NCBI GenBank assembly: GCA_965199715.1
Contig: OZ241322.1
Coordinates: 1,184,001 to 1,248,000 of the forward strand
Direction of reading: 5' to 3'
DNA from: Vicinamibacteria bacterium
GTDB lineage: Bacteria; Acidobacteriota; Vicinamibacteria; Marinacidobacterales; Marinacidobacteraceae
Length of the DNA: 64,000 nt
Part shown: piece by piece, positions 31,305-40,851 of the stretch
Numbering within the stretch: position 1 is the stretch's first letter
Layout of the letters: each line of letters opens with the position of its first letter
Notes under the pieces: generated by a model
The model's input: only the letters and a program-made list of their open reading frames with translations
Told to the model about the DNA's origin: nothing
Database searches by the model: none
Position numbers and translations under genes: made by a program

Positions 31305-32541
31305 GGGCGCCGCACTCGTCCTCGGGGCCGGGGCCGTCGGTCTCTCGTGCGCGTACTTCCTGCGCCGGTCGGGCCGCGAAGTGCGGGTCGTGGACGCCGG
31401 GCTTGCCGGCCACGGCGCCACGAAGGGCACCGCCGGTCTCGTCTGCCCGGCGCATTCCGCGCCGCTTCCGGGACCGGGAGTCCTGTGGAAGGCGCTTCGC
31501 TGGAGCCTCCGGCGGGACAGCCCCTTCCGCATCCGCTGGCGGGCCGATCCCGAGCTCCTGCGCTGGCTGCTCGGGTTCGTCCGCGCTTGCAACCGGGCGC
31601 GGTCGCGCTCCGGCTTCCGCGCGATCCATGCGCTGTCGAGCCTGAGCCTCGCCCGCTTCGCCGAGCTCGCCGGCCCCCGCGGACTCGACTTCTTCTTCGA
31701 GCGGCGGGGCGGCTGGTTCGTGTTCGAGACGCCCGACGGCTTCGCCCGCGCCCGGACCGAGGCGGAGGAGCTGCGCCGGGAGGGCGTGGAGTGCTCGGCG
31801 CTCGACGGCGACGCAATCCGGGAGCGCGAGCCGGGACTCTCGGACCGCGTCGCCGGCGGCGTCTTCGCGCCGCACGACGCGCACGGGCTGAGCGTCGGGT
31901 TCGCCGAGAGCCTCGCGCGCGCCCTCGAACGGGACGGGGTCGTCATCGAGAGCGGGGTCCGGGTCGAGCGGCTGCTGCTGGACGGAAGTCGGGTCGTCGG
32001 GGCGAGGACCCGGGCCGGCGCGGAGCTCGCCGCCGACGAGACGGTGCTGGCGCTCGGGGCGCGCAGCCCCGAGATCGCCCGGACGGCGGGCGTTCGGATT
32101 ATGGTCCAGCCGGCGAAGGGGTACAGCGCGACGTTCCGGGCGTACGCCGGGATGCCGCGCACGCCAGTCTCGGCGCTCGACAGCAAGGTCATCGTCACTC
32201 CGCTCGGCGACCGCGTCCGCTTCGCCGGAACGCTGGAGCTGACCGGCCACGAGCCCGGCGTGAACGCGCTGCGCTACCGGCAGGTCGTCCGGAGCGGGCT
32301 CGCCGTCCTTCGGGAGCCGGTTCCGCTCGAGGACGAGGAGGCGTGGTCGGGGATGCGGCCGCTGACGCCGGATTCGCTCCCGATCATCGGCCGCCCCCGG
32401 GGGCTCGACGGGCTGCTCGTCGCGGCCGGGCACGGGACGCTCGGGTTCGCCCAGTCGCTCGGAACCGGCCAGCTCGTCGCCGAAATGGCCGACGGCGCCG
32501 ACCCCAGCGTGGACCCGCACCCCTTCCGGGTCGATCGCTGA
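31273..32541 (+). CDS. D-amino acid dehydrogenase (FAD-dependent)
   Basis: VLGAGAVG, KGYS, GMRPLTPD, AGHGTLG; start uncertain. Confidence 0.88.
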   Translation: MVPRRTTGRGKGAALVLGAGAVGLSCAYFLRRSGREVRVVDAGLAGHGATKGTAGLVCPAHSAPLPGPGVLWKALRWSLRRDSPFRIRWRADPELLRWLLGFVRACNRARSRSGFRAIHALSSLSLARFAELAGPRGLDFFFERRGGWFVFETPDGFARARTEAEELRREGVECSALDGDAIREREPGLSDRVAGGVFAPHDAHGLSVGFAESLARALERDGVVIESGVRVERLLLDGSRVVGARTRAGAELAADETVLALGARSPEIARTAGVRIMVQPAKGYSATFRAYAGMPRTPVSALDSKVIVTPLGDRVRFAGTLELTGHEPGVNALRYRQVVRSGLAVLREPVPLEDEEAWSGMRPLTPDSLPIIGRPRGLDGLLVAAGHGTLGFAQSLGTGQLVAEMADGADPSVDPHPFRVDR

Positions 32542-32702
32542 AGAAAGTCTTCCCCAATTCGCTCCCCGGGCGGTTGGTTTTCCGATTTCGCGCGTGTCCA
32601 TCTGAACTGAGCGAATTCACTCCCAGCGCAGCGGCGGTCCTCGCGCCGCCCGGATCCGGCGGCCGCGCCTATAATCCGCTCCATGAGGGTGGAGGCGATC
32701 GG

Positions 32703-33059
32703 GTGACGGGTCAGGTCACCCGAGGTGAACGGGTGGATGTCCGCACGCGCACCGACAGGATCCTCATCGCCATGATGGCGGCCATGATGGGCGGCGGTGC
32801 GCTCATGTTCACCCGGATGGTCGTCATGACCCGCGGGATCGGGGCGCTCGAGGTTCGGCTGAGCGAGAGCATCGGATCGCTCCGGGCCGACGTCGCCGTG
32901 CTCTCGGAGCGGATGGTTTCGCTCGAACGGCGCATGGACGCACTCGAAGGGCGCCCGAATGCGCTCGAAGGGCGGATTGCTTCGATCGAAGGGCGGGTCG
33001 GCCGCATCGAGACCGTCCTTCACGACCGCCTGCCTCCGCCGGGGCCGTCCGGCCCCTGA
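32703..33059 (+). CDS. Small membrane-anchored coiled-coil protein
   Basis: Hydrophobic segment ILIAMMAAMMGGGALM followed by heptads LERRMDALEGRPNALEGRIASIEGRVGRIE; GGAGG RBS. Confidence 0.65.
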   Translation: MTGQVTRGERVDVRTRTDRILIAMMAAMMGGGALMFTRMVVMTRGIGALEVRLSESIGSLRADVAVLSERMVSLERRMDALEGRPNALEGRIASIEGRVGRIETVLHDRLPPPGPSGP

Positions 33060-33071
33060 CGGTCCGCCGCC

Positions 33072-33836
33072 ATGCGTCTGAAGGGCAAGCGGGCGCTCGT
33101 CACCGGCGGTTCGCGCAGCATCGGCCGGGCGATCGCGCTCGGCCTGGCGCGCGAGGGCGCGGACGTCGCGGTGAACTGGCGGCGGAGCCGGCACGACGCG
33201 CTCGGCGCGGTCGCCGCCATCGAGAAGACGGGGCGGCGCGCCGTCGCCGTCCAGGGCTCGACCGCGGCTTCCGAGGACGTGGAGCGCTTCGTCGCCGAGG
33301 CGGCGGACGCGCTCGGCGGGCTGGACGTCGTGGTCAACAACGCCGGCGTGCTGAAACGCACGCCCTTTCTCGAGATCGGCGAGGCGGAGTGGGACGGGAT
33401 CCTCGCGGTCAACCTGAAGGGCTACTTCCTCGTCGGGCAGGCGGCGGCGCGGCGGATGGTCCGGGACCGGACTCCCGGCGCGATCGTGAACGTGAGCTCC
33501 GCCGGACAGGCGGTCGCCGCGCCGAACCTCGCCCACTACTGCGTCTCGAAGGCGGGCGTGGAGATGCTCACCCGGCAGATGGCGCTGGAGCTCGCGCCGC
33601 ACCGGATCCGCGTGAACGCCATCGCGCCGGGGCTCATCGAGACCGACATGAACCGCGCCGACATCGCGCAGGAGGACTTCCGTTCCCGCCGCCTCGCCCG
33701 CATTCCGCTGCGGGAGATCGGGACCCCCGAGGATCTCGTCGCCGCGGTCACGTACCTCGCCTCGAACGCCGAGTCCCGCCTCGTGACCGGCGCCAGCCTC
33801 TTCATCGACGGCGGCCAGACGATCTGGGGTGCGTAG
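33072..33836 (+). CDS. Short-chain dehydrogenase/reductase
   Basis: TGGSRSIG, NNAG, YCVSK, IRVNAIAPG, IDGG. Confidence 0.93.
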   Translation: MRLKGKRALVTGGSRSIGRAIALGLAREGADVAVNWRRSRHDALGAVAAIEKTGRRAVAVQGSTAASEDVERFVAEAADALGGLDVVVNNAGVLKRTPFLEIGEAEWDGILAVNLKGYFLVGQAAARRMVRDRTPGAIVNVSSAGQAVAAPNLAHYCVSKAGVEMLTRQMALELAPHRIRVNAIAPGLIETDMNRADIAQEDFRSRRLARIPLREIGTPEDLVAAVTYLASNAESRLVTGASLFIDGGQTIWGA

Positions 33837-34809
33837 CCCCGGGACGCTGATCGCGCTCCTGGCGCTGTCGTGCCAGGCGCCGCAAGAGGCCGGGTGGGAG
33901 GCGCGCTTCTCCCACGTGCTCTCGTCGAACTCGGAGTACCAGGTCATGGCCGAGCGCTTCCGGGACCTCATGCGGGAGCGCACGGACGGCCGGTTCCGGG
34001 TGCGGATCTTCCCGTCGGGACAGCTCGGAGGCGAGCGCGAGGCGTTCGAGCAGATCCAGGCGGGAGCGGTCCAGTTGACCATCACCGGCACGCCGGTGCT
34101 CTCCGGATGGGTTCCCGAGGGCCAGATCTTCGACCTGCCCTTCCTGTTCGACGACCGGGATCAGGGACTCCGGGCGCTAAACGGGCCGGTCGGCGACTGG
34201 TGGCGGGGGCTTCTGCTCGAACGCACCGGAGTCCGCTCGCTCGGCTTCCTCGACTACGGATTCCGCCACGTGTACGGCAACCGGCCCATCGAGACCCCCG
34301 GCGATCTCGTCGGACTCAAGCTGCGGGTGCTCCAGAACCGGACCTACCTGCGCGCGTACGCGGCGTTCGGGGTCCAGGCGACTCCCATGAACTACGGCGA
34401 GGTCCATTCGGCGCTCCAGCAGGGAGTGATCGACGGCGGCGAGGCGAACGCCGTCGGGTTCGTGAGCGGCAGCCTCCACGAGGCGGCGGGCCACTTCAGC
34501 TTCACCGGCGTCACCTACAACCCGATCACCCTGCTCGCGCACGAGCCGTTCTTCCGCTCGCTGCCGGGGGATATCCGGGCGACCCTCGAACGCTCGGCGG
34601 CGGAGGCGCTCGCATACCAGAGCCGGATCGCGCAGCGCATGGAGGCGGACGCGATCGCGGAAATGCAGCGGCGCGGCGTGCGCATCGCCCGCCCCGACCG
34701 GGCCGAGTTCGTTCCTCTGGTGCGGCCGGCGGTGTGGGACGAACTCGCGGGCCGGCTGCCGAACGGGCGGGAGCTGATCGACCGAGTCGCCGCCGAGGCC
34801 GGGCGTTGA
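33829..34809 (+). CDS. TRAP transporter substrate-binding protein (DctP family)
   Basis: FPSGQLG.E, DLPFLF, GFRH, GLKLRV, ALQQGVIDG.E. Confidence 0.92.
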   Translation: MRSPGTLIALLALSCQAPQEAGWEARFSHVLSSNSEYQVMAERFRDLMRERTDGRFRVRIFPSGQLGGEREAFEQIQAGAVQLTITGTPVLSGWVPEGQIFDLPFLFDDRDQGLRALNGPVGDWWRGLLLERTGVRSLGFLDYGFRHVYGNRPIETPGDLVGLKLRVLQNRTYLRAYAAFGVQATPMNYGEVHSALQQGVIDGGEANAVGFVSGSLHEAAGHFSFTGVTYNPITLLAHEPFFRSLPGDIRATLERSAAEALAYQSRIAQRMEADAIAEMQRRGVRIARPDRAEFVPLVRPAVWDELAGRLPNGRELIDRVAAEAGR

Positions 34810-35252
34810 CCCGGCTCCACCGCGCGATCGTCCGCCTCGAGACCGGGGCGGCGGGCGCGCTCGTGATCGCCGTCGCCGCGGCGGTGCTGCTTCAGGTGAC
34901 GATGCGCTACGGGTTCGCCCGCCCCAACCCGTGGAGCGAGGAGTTCGCCCGTTTCGGGTTCATCTGGCTGTCGCTCCTCGGAAGCTCGCTCGCGGTCCAC
35001 CGGCGCTCGCACTTCCGCTTCGACCGGGCGGTCCGCCGCCTGAGTCCCCGGACGCGCAAGGCGGCGACGCTCCTCGCGAAGGGCGCGACGCTCGGGTTCG
35101 CGCTGCTTCTGGTCGCGACCGGCCTCGCGCTCATGGACCTCGCCTCGGGACAGCGATCCGCGGCGCTGGACCTCCCCATGGCGTTCGTGTACGCCGCGGC
35201 GCCGGTCTCCGGCCTGCTCATGGCGATCCACCTGCTCGGCGAGGCCGAATGA
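34806..35252 (+). CDS. TRAP small permease (DctQ family)
   Basis: QV.MRY...WSEE.ARF..IW; four TM segments; TTG start coupled to dctP stop. Confidence 0.88.
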   Translation: MTRLHRAIVRLETGAAGALVIAVAAAVLLQVTMRYGFARPNPWSEEFARFGFIWLSLLGSSLAVHRRSHFRFDRAVRRLSPRTRKAATLLAKGATLGFALLLVATGLALMDLASGQRSAALDLPMAFVYAAAPVSGLLMAIHLLGEAE

Positions 35253-36511
35253 CCGGCGCGTTCGGGCTGCTGGTCCTGCTCGCGGTCCCCATCGGCTTCG
35301 CGCTGGCCATCGCCGCGACGCTCGCGCTCGTCGCCGCCGGAGTTCCGTTCGTCGTGATCCCGCAACAGCTCATCGCCGGCATGGACTCGTTCCCGATGCT
35401 CGCGGTGCCGCTGTTCATCCTCGCCGGCTTCCTCATGGACGCCGGGGGGATCAGCCGCCGGCTGGTCGCGCTCGCGCGAGCGCTCGTCGGGCGGCTGCCG
35501 GGCGGCCTCGGCCAGGTCGTGATCGTGGCCGAGATGTTCTTTTCGGGAGTCTCGGGCTCGACTTCGGCGGACGCCGCCGCGATCGGGGGGATCATGGTCC
35601 CGCAGCTCGCCGCCGAGGGGTACGACCGGGCGCGGGCGACCGCGATCGTGTGCGCCGCCTGCGCGATGGGAATCCTGATCCCGCCCGCCATCGTGATGGT
35701 GATCTACGGGGGCGCCGGGGGGGTCTCGGTGGGCGCGCTGTTCGCGGCCGCCATCGTCCCCGCGCTGCTGATCGCCGCCGGACTCATGGTCCAGATCGGC
35801 TGGCAGGCGCGGCGCCATGGATGGCCGGCGGCCGAGCCGGCCTCGCGGGACGAGCTCCGCCGCGCCGCGATTCGTGCGGGGCTGCCGCTGTTCATGGTCG
35901 TGGTCATCCTCGGCGGCATCCGGTTCGGGCTCTTCACCCCCACCGAGGCCGCCGGAGTCGCCGTCGCCTACGCGCTCCTCCTCGCCGGACTCGCGTACCG
36001 GTCGCTCACGCTGCGGAAGCTGTGGGAGAAGGTCGTCCAGACCGCAGTCGTCTCCGGCATGGTGCTCTTCGTGGTGGGCGCGGCGCGGCTCATGGGATGG
36101 GCGCTCGCCATCGGCGGGACCCCGCAGGCGATCGCGGCCGCGGTCATGGAGTCGGGCGTCGGTCCCACCGGGTTCCTGCTTCTCACGATCCTCATCTTCC
36201 TGCCGCTCGGCGCGATCCTCGAGGGGGTTCCGGCGGTGGTGCTGCTGACCCCCATCCTGCTCCCGCTGGCGCGGCAACTGGGGATCGACCCGGTGCACTA
36301 CGGCGCGGTCGTCGTCGCGACGCAGGGGATCTCGGTGTTCCTGCCGCCGGTGGGAGTCAGCCTGCTCGTCGCGAGCTCGGCGGCCGGCGTCGAGCCGATG
36401 GAGGCGGCGCGGCCGCTCGCGCCCTATCTCGCGCTCATGCTCGTCCTGACGGTCCTGATCGCGCTGGTCCCCGACGTCGCGCTGTTCCTGCCGCGCCTCG
36501 TCGGCTACTGA
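35249..36511 (+). CDS. TRAP large permease (DctM family)
   Basis: LAVPLFILAG, SGS..ADAAA.G, LIPP, FTPTEAA, GIDPVH.G, PPVG. Confidence 0.92.
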   Translation: MTGAFGLLVLLAVPIGFALAIAATLALVAAGVPFVVIPQQLIAGMDSFPMLAVPLFILAGFLMDAGGISRRLVALARALVGRLPGGLGQVVIVAEMFFSGVSGSTSADAAAIGGIMVPQLAAEGYDRARATAIVCAACAMGILIPPAIVMVIYGGAGGVSVGALFAAAIVPALLIAAGLMVQIGWQARRHGWPAAEPASRDELRRAAIRAGLPLFMVVVILGGIRFGLFTPTEAAGVAVAYALLLAGLAYRSLTLRKLWEKVVQTAVVSGMVLFVVGAARLMGWALAIGGTPQAIAAAVMESGVGPTGFLLLTILIFLPLGAILEGVPAVVLLTPILLPLARQLGIDPVHYGAVVVATQGISVFLPPVGVSLLVASSAAGVEPMEAARPLAPYLALMLVLTVLIALVPDVALFLPRLVGY

Positions 36512-36515
36512 GCGG

Positions 36516-37184
36516 TCAGTACTTGACGTCGTTCCGCCCGACCGTCATCCCGATGTTCCCGACGCGGCGGCCCATCGTGTAGTGCTCGCCGCTCCCGGCG
36601 GTCATGCCGAAGAAGTCCACGTCGGGAACGAGGAGCCGGCCGTCGTCGTCCACCGTCCCTGCCGCGACCGTGGTCGCGACGACCTCGGCGACGAAGATCT
36701 TGCGGACCGGCGGCACCTCCAGCGAGTCGAGAATCCGGCACTCGCAGTGGACCGGCGACTCCGCGACCGTGGGCGCGTCCACCCGGGTCGCCTCGCCCCG
36801 GGTCAGGCCCGCCAGCGCGAACTTGTCGGCGACGCGGCTCGAGTTCATGTCCACCGCGTCGAACGCCTCGACCATCGAGGCCACCGGAACGTTGAGCACG
36901 AACTCGTCGTGGATCTCGAGCAGCTCGCGGGCCTGGTGCTCGAACCCCGCGCTCACGCCGATCTGGGGCGGGTCCCCGTTGACGACGAACGTCCACAGCA
37001 CCGAGATCTCGTCGGGGTCGCCGGCGCGCCCGTTCACGGTCAGCAGGATCGCGGGAACCGGCGGGATCATCGGCCCCGGGGACGGGAGCGAGCGACGCCC
37101 GCCGGAGACCGGAGGGGCGCCGCATCCCCAGACCGCCGCGACCGCAAGCCCGCTCTCCAGAACCTGCCGTCGGGTTGGCTTCAT
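36516..37184 (-). CDS. Flavin reductase-like protein with a Tat (lipoprotein) signal
   Basis: TRRQVL...WGC leader; EFVLNVP, DKFALAGLT, AP.VAESPVHCECR. Confidence 0.8.
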   Translation of the reverse strand: MKPTRRQVLESGLAVAAVWGCGAPPVSGGRRSLPSPGPMIPPVPAILLTVNGRAGDPDEISVLWTFVVNGDPPQIGVSAGFEHQARELLEIHDEFVLNVPVASMVEAFDAVDMNSSRVADKFALAGLTRGEATRVDAPTVAESPVHCECRILDSLEVPPVRKIFVAEVVATTVAAGTVDDDGRLLVPDVDFFGMTAGSGEHYTMGRRVGNIGMTVGRNDVKY

Positions 37185-37217
37185 GCGGCGCATTATGGAC
37201 GGCGCCGTGATCCGGGG

Positions 37218-38333
37218 ATGCGATTCAGTCTCCTCGCGCTGCTCGCCGCCTCGTGCGCCGCCGCCCCCGCCCCCTTCGAGCCGCTGGACGCCGCCCTCGA
37301 ACGCTACGTGGAGGACGGCCGGCTCCCCGGCGCCGCGGTTCTCGTCATGCAGGCGGGGGAACCGACCTACGAACGAGCGGTCGGCGTCCGCGACCGGGAG
37401 GCGGGCGATCCGCTGGAAACGGACGACGTCTTCCGGATTGCGTCCCAGACGAAGGCGATCGTGAGCGTGGCGATCATGATGCTCGAGGAGGGGGGCCTCC
37501 TGAGCATCGGGGACCCCGTCCGCCGCTTCCTCCCCGAGTGCGCCGAGACCACGGTCGAGGGCGGGGAGCCGGCGCGGACTCCGATCACGATCCGCCACCT
37601 GCTCACCCACACCGCCGGGCTCGGCTACGGCGGCGACCCCGCATGGGAGGCGGCGGGGATCACCGGCTGGTACTTCGCCGACCGGGAGGAGCCGGTCCGG
37701 GAGACCGTGCGCCGCATGGCCGCGCTGCCGTTTCCCGCGCATCGCGGCGAGGAGTGGGTCCATGGACACGCCACCGACGTCCTCGGCGCGGCGGTCGAGG
37801 TCGCCTCGGGGACTCCGCTCGGCGTGGAGGACACGCACTTCTACCTGCCGCCCGAGAAGCGCGACCGGCTGACCGTCGTCCATTCGGCGGAGGAGTCATC
37901 AGGGCTCGCGCGCGCGCCCGATCCGGGGGGCATGGCGGGCCAGGGGGCCTACGTCGAAGGACTCCGCGACAGCTTCTCGGGCGGCGCCGGGCTGCTCTCG
38001 ACCGCCGCCGACTACGCCCGCTTCCTCGAGGCGCTGCGCACCGGCGGCGCGCCCATCCTCTCGGCGACGAACGTCGAGCGCATGACTTCGGACCAGATCG
38101 GCGCGCTGGAGTTCGGCGAGGAGGGCGTCGGGTTCAGCCTTGGGTTCCGGACCGTCGCGGACACCGGCGAGTTCGGCTGGGGCGGCGCCTCCCACGCCGC
38201 CTGCTGAGTCGATCCGTCGGAGGAGCTGGTCGTGGTCTATCCGGCGCAGATCATCCCGGCGGGAGACGTGGACGACCACGCCCGGGTGCGGGAGCCGGTG
38301 TACGAGGAGCTTCAGCGGAGCCGGCGCGAGTAG
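37218..38333 (+). pseudogene. Beta-lactamase-family serine hydrolase pseudogene
   Basis: IASQTK, LLTHTAG; in-frame TGA at 38205-38207 in place of the conserved W of YWVDP, with homology continuing (VDPSEELVVV) to TAG 38333; internal deletions. Confidence 0.85.
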
Positions 38334-39745
38334 TTCACCCCGACGAAGACGCGGGTGACCGCGCCGGCGTCGTCCCGCTCGAAGCGGACCAGCTCGCCGT
38401 GGGCGCCGTAGCCGTCGCTCTCGAGCCGGAACGAGTCGGCCTCGTCGGTCGGGCGCAGCGTCCCCTTCGACCCGCTCGGGTCTTCGGAGAGCGGCGAAAG
38501 GATCACCAATTCGTTCTCCTGCCGCAGCACCGCGGTGTCGCCGCCCCGGCTGCGGTACACGCCGAGGTACGCGTCCCAGGCCTCGGACCAGACGCGGGGC
38601 GCCTCCTTCTCGGCCCGCGACGCGGCGAGCGCCGGCGCGACCCACTGGAACGCCTTCTCGAGGTAGCGCCCGGGGTTCCCGTCGCCGCCGTTCGTGAACA
38701 CCACGACCCCGATCTTCTCGTCGGGGCTGAGCTGGGTCTGGGTGCGGTAGCCGGGATACGAGCCGCCGTGCCCGACGAGGTCCCGGTCGCTCGTGCGCCG
38801 AACCGAGAATCCGAGTCCCCAGCCGCTGCTCCACGAGGTCTGCAGCCAGTGCACCCGCTGCATCTCGAGGAGCGTGTTCGTCGCCAGCGTCTCCTCGCTC
38901 CGACGGTCCCGGACGCGCATCTGCCACGAGAGGAAGCGCAGCATGTCGGGCACGGTGGAGGACATGCCGGTCGCCGGATCGAAGGACCGGGCGTCCACGA
39001 ACGGGAACCGTTCGCGCGAGCCGTCGGGCATCCGGCGGCCGTAGCCGGCGGCGAGGCGATCCCGGTGGTCCGGCGGGACCGGGCCGACGCTCGTGGAGTC
39101 CATGCCGAGGGGCGCGAGGATTCCCTGGGTCACGAGATCCGCGAAGGACATGTCGGTCGCCGCCTCGGCGACCATGCCGGCGAGCGTGAAGCCGAGGTTC
39201 GAGTACTTCCATTTGGTCTCGGTGGCGTAGGTGGTCTCCTGGTCGGACACCGTCTCGCGAAGCGCCTCGGCCCCGGGGAACTCGAACTCGGTCCACGCCG
39301 GGTGCACCGACTCCCGGGGCAGCCCGGCCGTGTGGGTGAGGAGGTGGCGCACGGTGACCGCGCGGGCCTCGGGATGCCGGTTGTGGATGTCGAACCACGG
39401 AAGGTGATCGGCCACCGGATCGTCGAGCCGGAGCCGCCCGGCGTCGCGGGCGCGCATCACCGCGATCGCGGTGAACAGCTTCGAGTGCGACGCGATGCGG
39501 AAGATGTGGTCCTCGCGCATGGGAACCGCCGGCTCCAGCGACGCCATCCCGTACGCCTTCACCCAGACCGGCTCCTGGTCGTGGACGATTCCGATGACGA
39601 GGCCGGGAACGCCCCGGTACTCGAGCTGCGACTCGATCCACGTGTCCAGCAGCGTGATTCCGGCCTGGACCTTGGGATCGGCGGGCTGCGCGGCGGCGGG
39701 CGCGGCGCAGAGAAGGGAGATCAGGGCGAGCGCCCGCATGGTCAT
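38312..39745 (-). CDS. Beta-lactamase-family serine hydrolase, secreted
   Basis: IASHSK, LLTHTAGL, YSN, GHGG. Confidence 0.9.
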   Translation of the reverse strand: MTMRALALISLLCAAPAAAQPADPKVQAGITLLDTWIESQLEYRGVPGLVIGIVHDQEPVWVKAYGMASLEPAVPMREDHIFRIASHSKLFTAIAVMRARDAGRLRLDDPVADHLPWFDIHNRHPEARAVTVRHLLTHTAGLPRESVHPAWTEFEFPGAEALRETVSDQETTYATETKWKYSNLGFTLAGMVAEAATDMSFADLVTQGILAPLGMDSTSVGPVPPDHRDRLAAGYGRRMPDGSRERFPFVDARSFDPATGMSSTVPDMLRFLSWQMRVRDRRSEETLATNTLLEMQRVHWLQTSWSSGWGLGFSVRRTSDRDLVGHGGSYPGYRTQTQLSPDEKIGVVVFTNGGDGNPGRYLEKAFQWVAPALAASRAEKEAPRVWSEAWDAYLGVYRSRGGDTAVLRQENELVILSPLSEDPSGSKGTLRPTDEADSFRLESDGYGAHGELVRFERDDAGAVTRVFVGVNYSRRLR

Positions 39746-40851
39746 TCCTCCCGGCGGAAGACGATCTCGCCGTCCACCATCACGTAGCGGGTCCGGGCGT
39801 AGGTCCCGATGGGATGCGCGTCCCAGATGGCGACGTCGGCGTCGAGGCCGGGGGCGAGCGTCCCGATCCGCCCGGCGACTCCCAGAATCTCCGCCGCCCC
39901 CGAGGTGACGGCGGTCAGCGCGGCCTCCTTGGGGAGCCCGTGCGCCCAGGCGATGACGGCCTCCATGCCGACCGAGCGCCCGCCGCCGGAGAACGTCGAG
40001 AGCGCGATCCGGACTCCGGCCTCGTGGAGGCTCGCCGCGAGCGCCGGCGTGTGGGACCGCAGCTCCATCGGGCCGCCGTCCCCGATCCCGAGGATCGAGG
40101 GGCCGACGACCACCGGAACGCCAGCTTCGGCGAGCCGATCCGCGACCATCGCCGCCCCGGCCGCCTGGTCGAGCACGAGCCGCAGTTCGAACTCGCCGGC
40201 GATCCGGATCGCGGTCTCGAGGTCGTCCGGAGTGTTCGCGAGCACCCGCAGCGGGGTCTCGCCGCGCACGAGCCGCGAGAGCACCCGGCCCGTCTCGCCG
40301 GCGTGGCGGTCCTCGACCGCCCCGACGAGCATGTCGCGCAGCTCGAAGATCATGCCCTGACGGGTCGTCGGCCCGGAAGGCGCGTCGCGTCCGGGGGGCT
40401 GGTTCCCGACCGCCGATTCCGCGAAGGACGCCGCCACCGCGAAGTCCTCGGCGACGACCGCGGTCTCCCGCGTCCCCGACAGCTTGACAACCGCTCCCAC
40501 GCCTCCGAAGAGCGTCCCCGGATCCGGGGCCAGGTAGGCCGCGGTGACGCCGGACCGGAGCCACTGCGGGGCCAGCTCCTCCCGGAAGCGGTCCGCCGCG
40601 CGGGTCGCGACTCCCGAGTCGTCCGGCGTCTCGCCGAGCAGCGTGAGCGCGTCGATGAGGCCGGGAGTGACGACCATCCCGCTCGCGTCCACGAAGTGCG
40701 CCCCCTCCGGGATCTCGAGCCCGTCGCCGACGGCCGCGATCCGGCCGTCCTCGATCAGCACCACGCCGTCCGGGAACACCGCGCCGTCGCCCGCATGCAC
40801 CTCGCCGCCGCCGACGGCCACGAACTGGGCGAGGACGAGGAAGGCGAGCAT
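39742..40851 (-). CDS. Amidohydrolase-fold protein lacking the HxH metal motif
   Basis: PGLIDALT in place of PG.ID.H.H; GTLAPGLDADVAIWD. Confidence 0.8.
   Translation of the reverse strand: MLAFLVLAQFVAVGGGEVHAGDGAVFPDGVVLIEDGRIAAVGDGLEIPEGAHFVDASGMVVTPGLIDALTLLGETPDDSGVATRAADRFREELAPQWLRSGVTAAYLAPDPGTLFGGVGAVVKLSGTRETAVVAEDFAVAASFAESAVGNQPPGRDAPSGPTTRQGMIFELRDMLVGAVEDRHAGETGRVLSRLVRGETPLRVLANTPDDLETAIRIAGEFELRLVLDQAAGAAMVADRLAEAGVPVVVGPSILGIGDGGPMELRSHTPALAASLHEAGVRIALSTFSGGGRSVGMEAVIAWAHGLPKEAALTAVTSGAAEILGVAGRIGTLAPGLDADVAIWDAHPIGTYARTRYVMVDGEIVFRREE

Noticed and set aside
33072-36511. SDR plus TRAP operon as a novelty
   Set aside because: Ordinary dctPQM arrangement; the substrate cannot be inferred from sequence
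38205-38207. In-frame TGA as selenocysteine, given selD in the window
   Set aside because: The position corresponds to a conserved Trp (TGG->TGA) in a gene with deletions and many other degenerative changes; there is no Cys-homologous site
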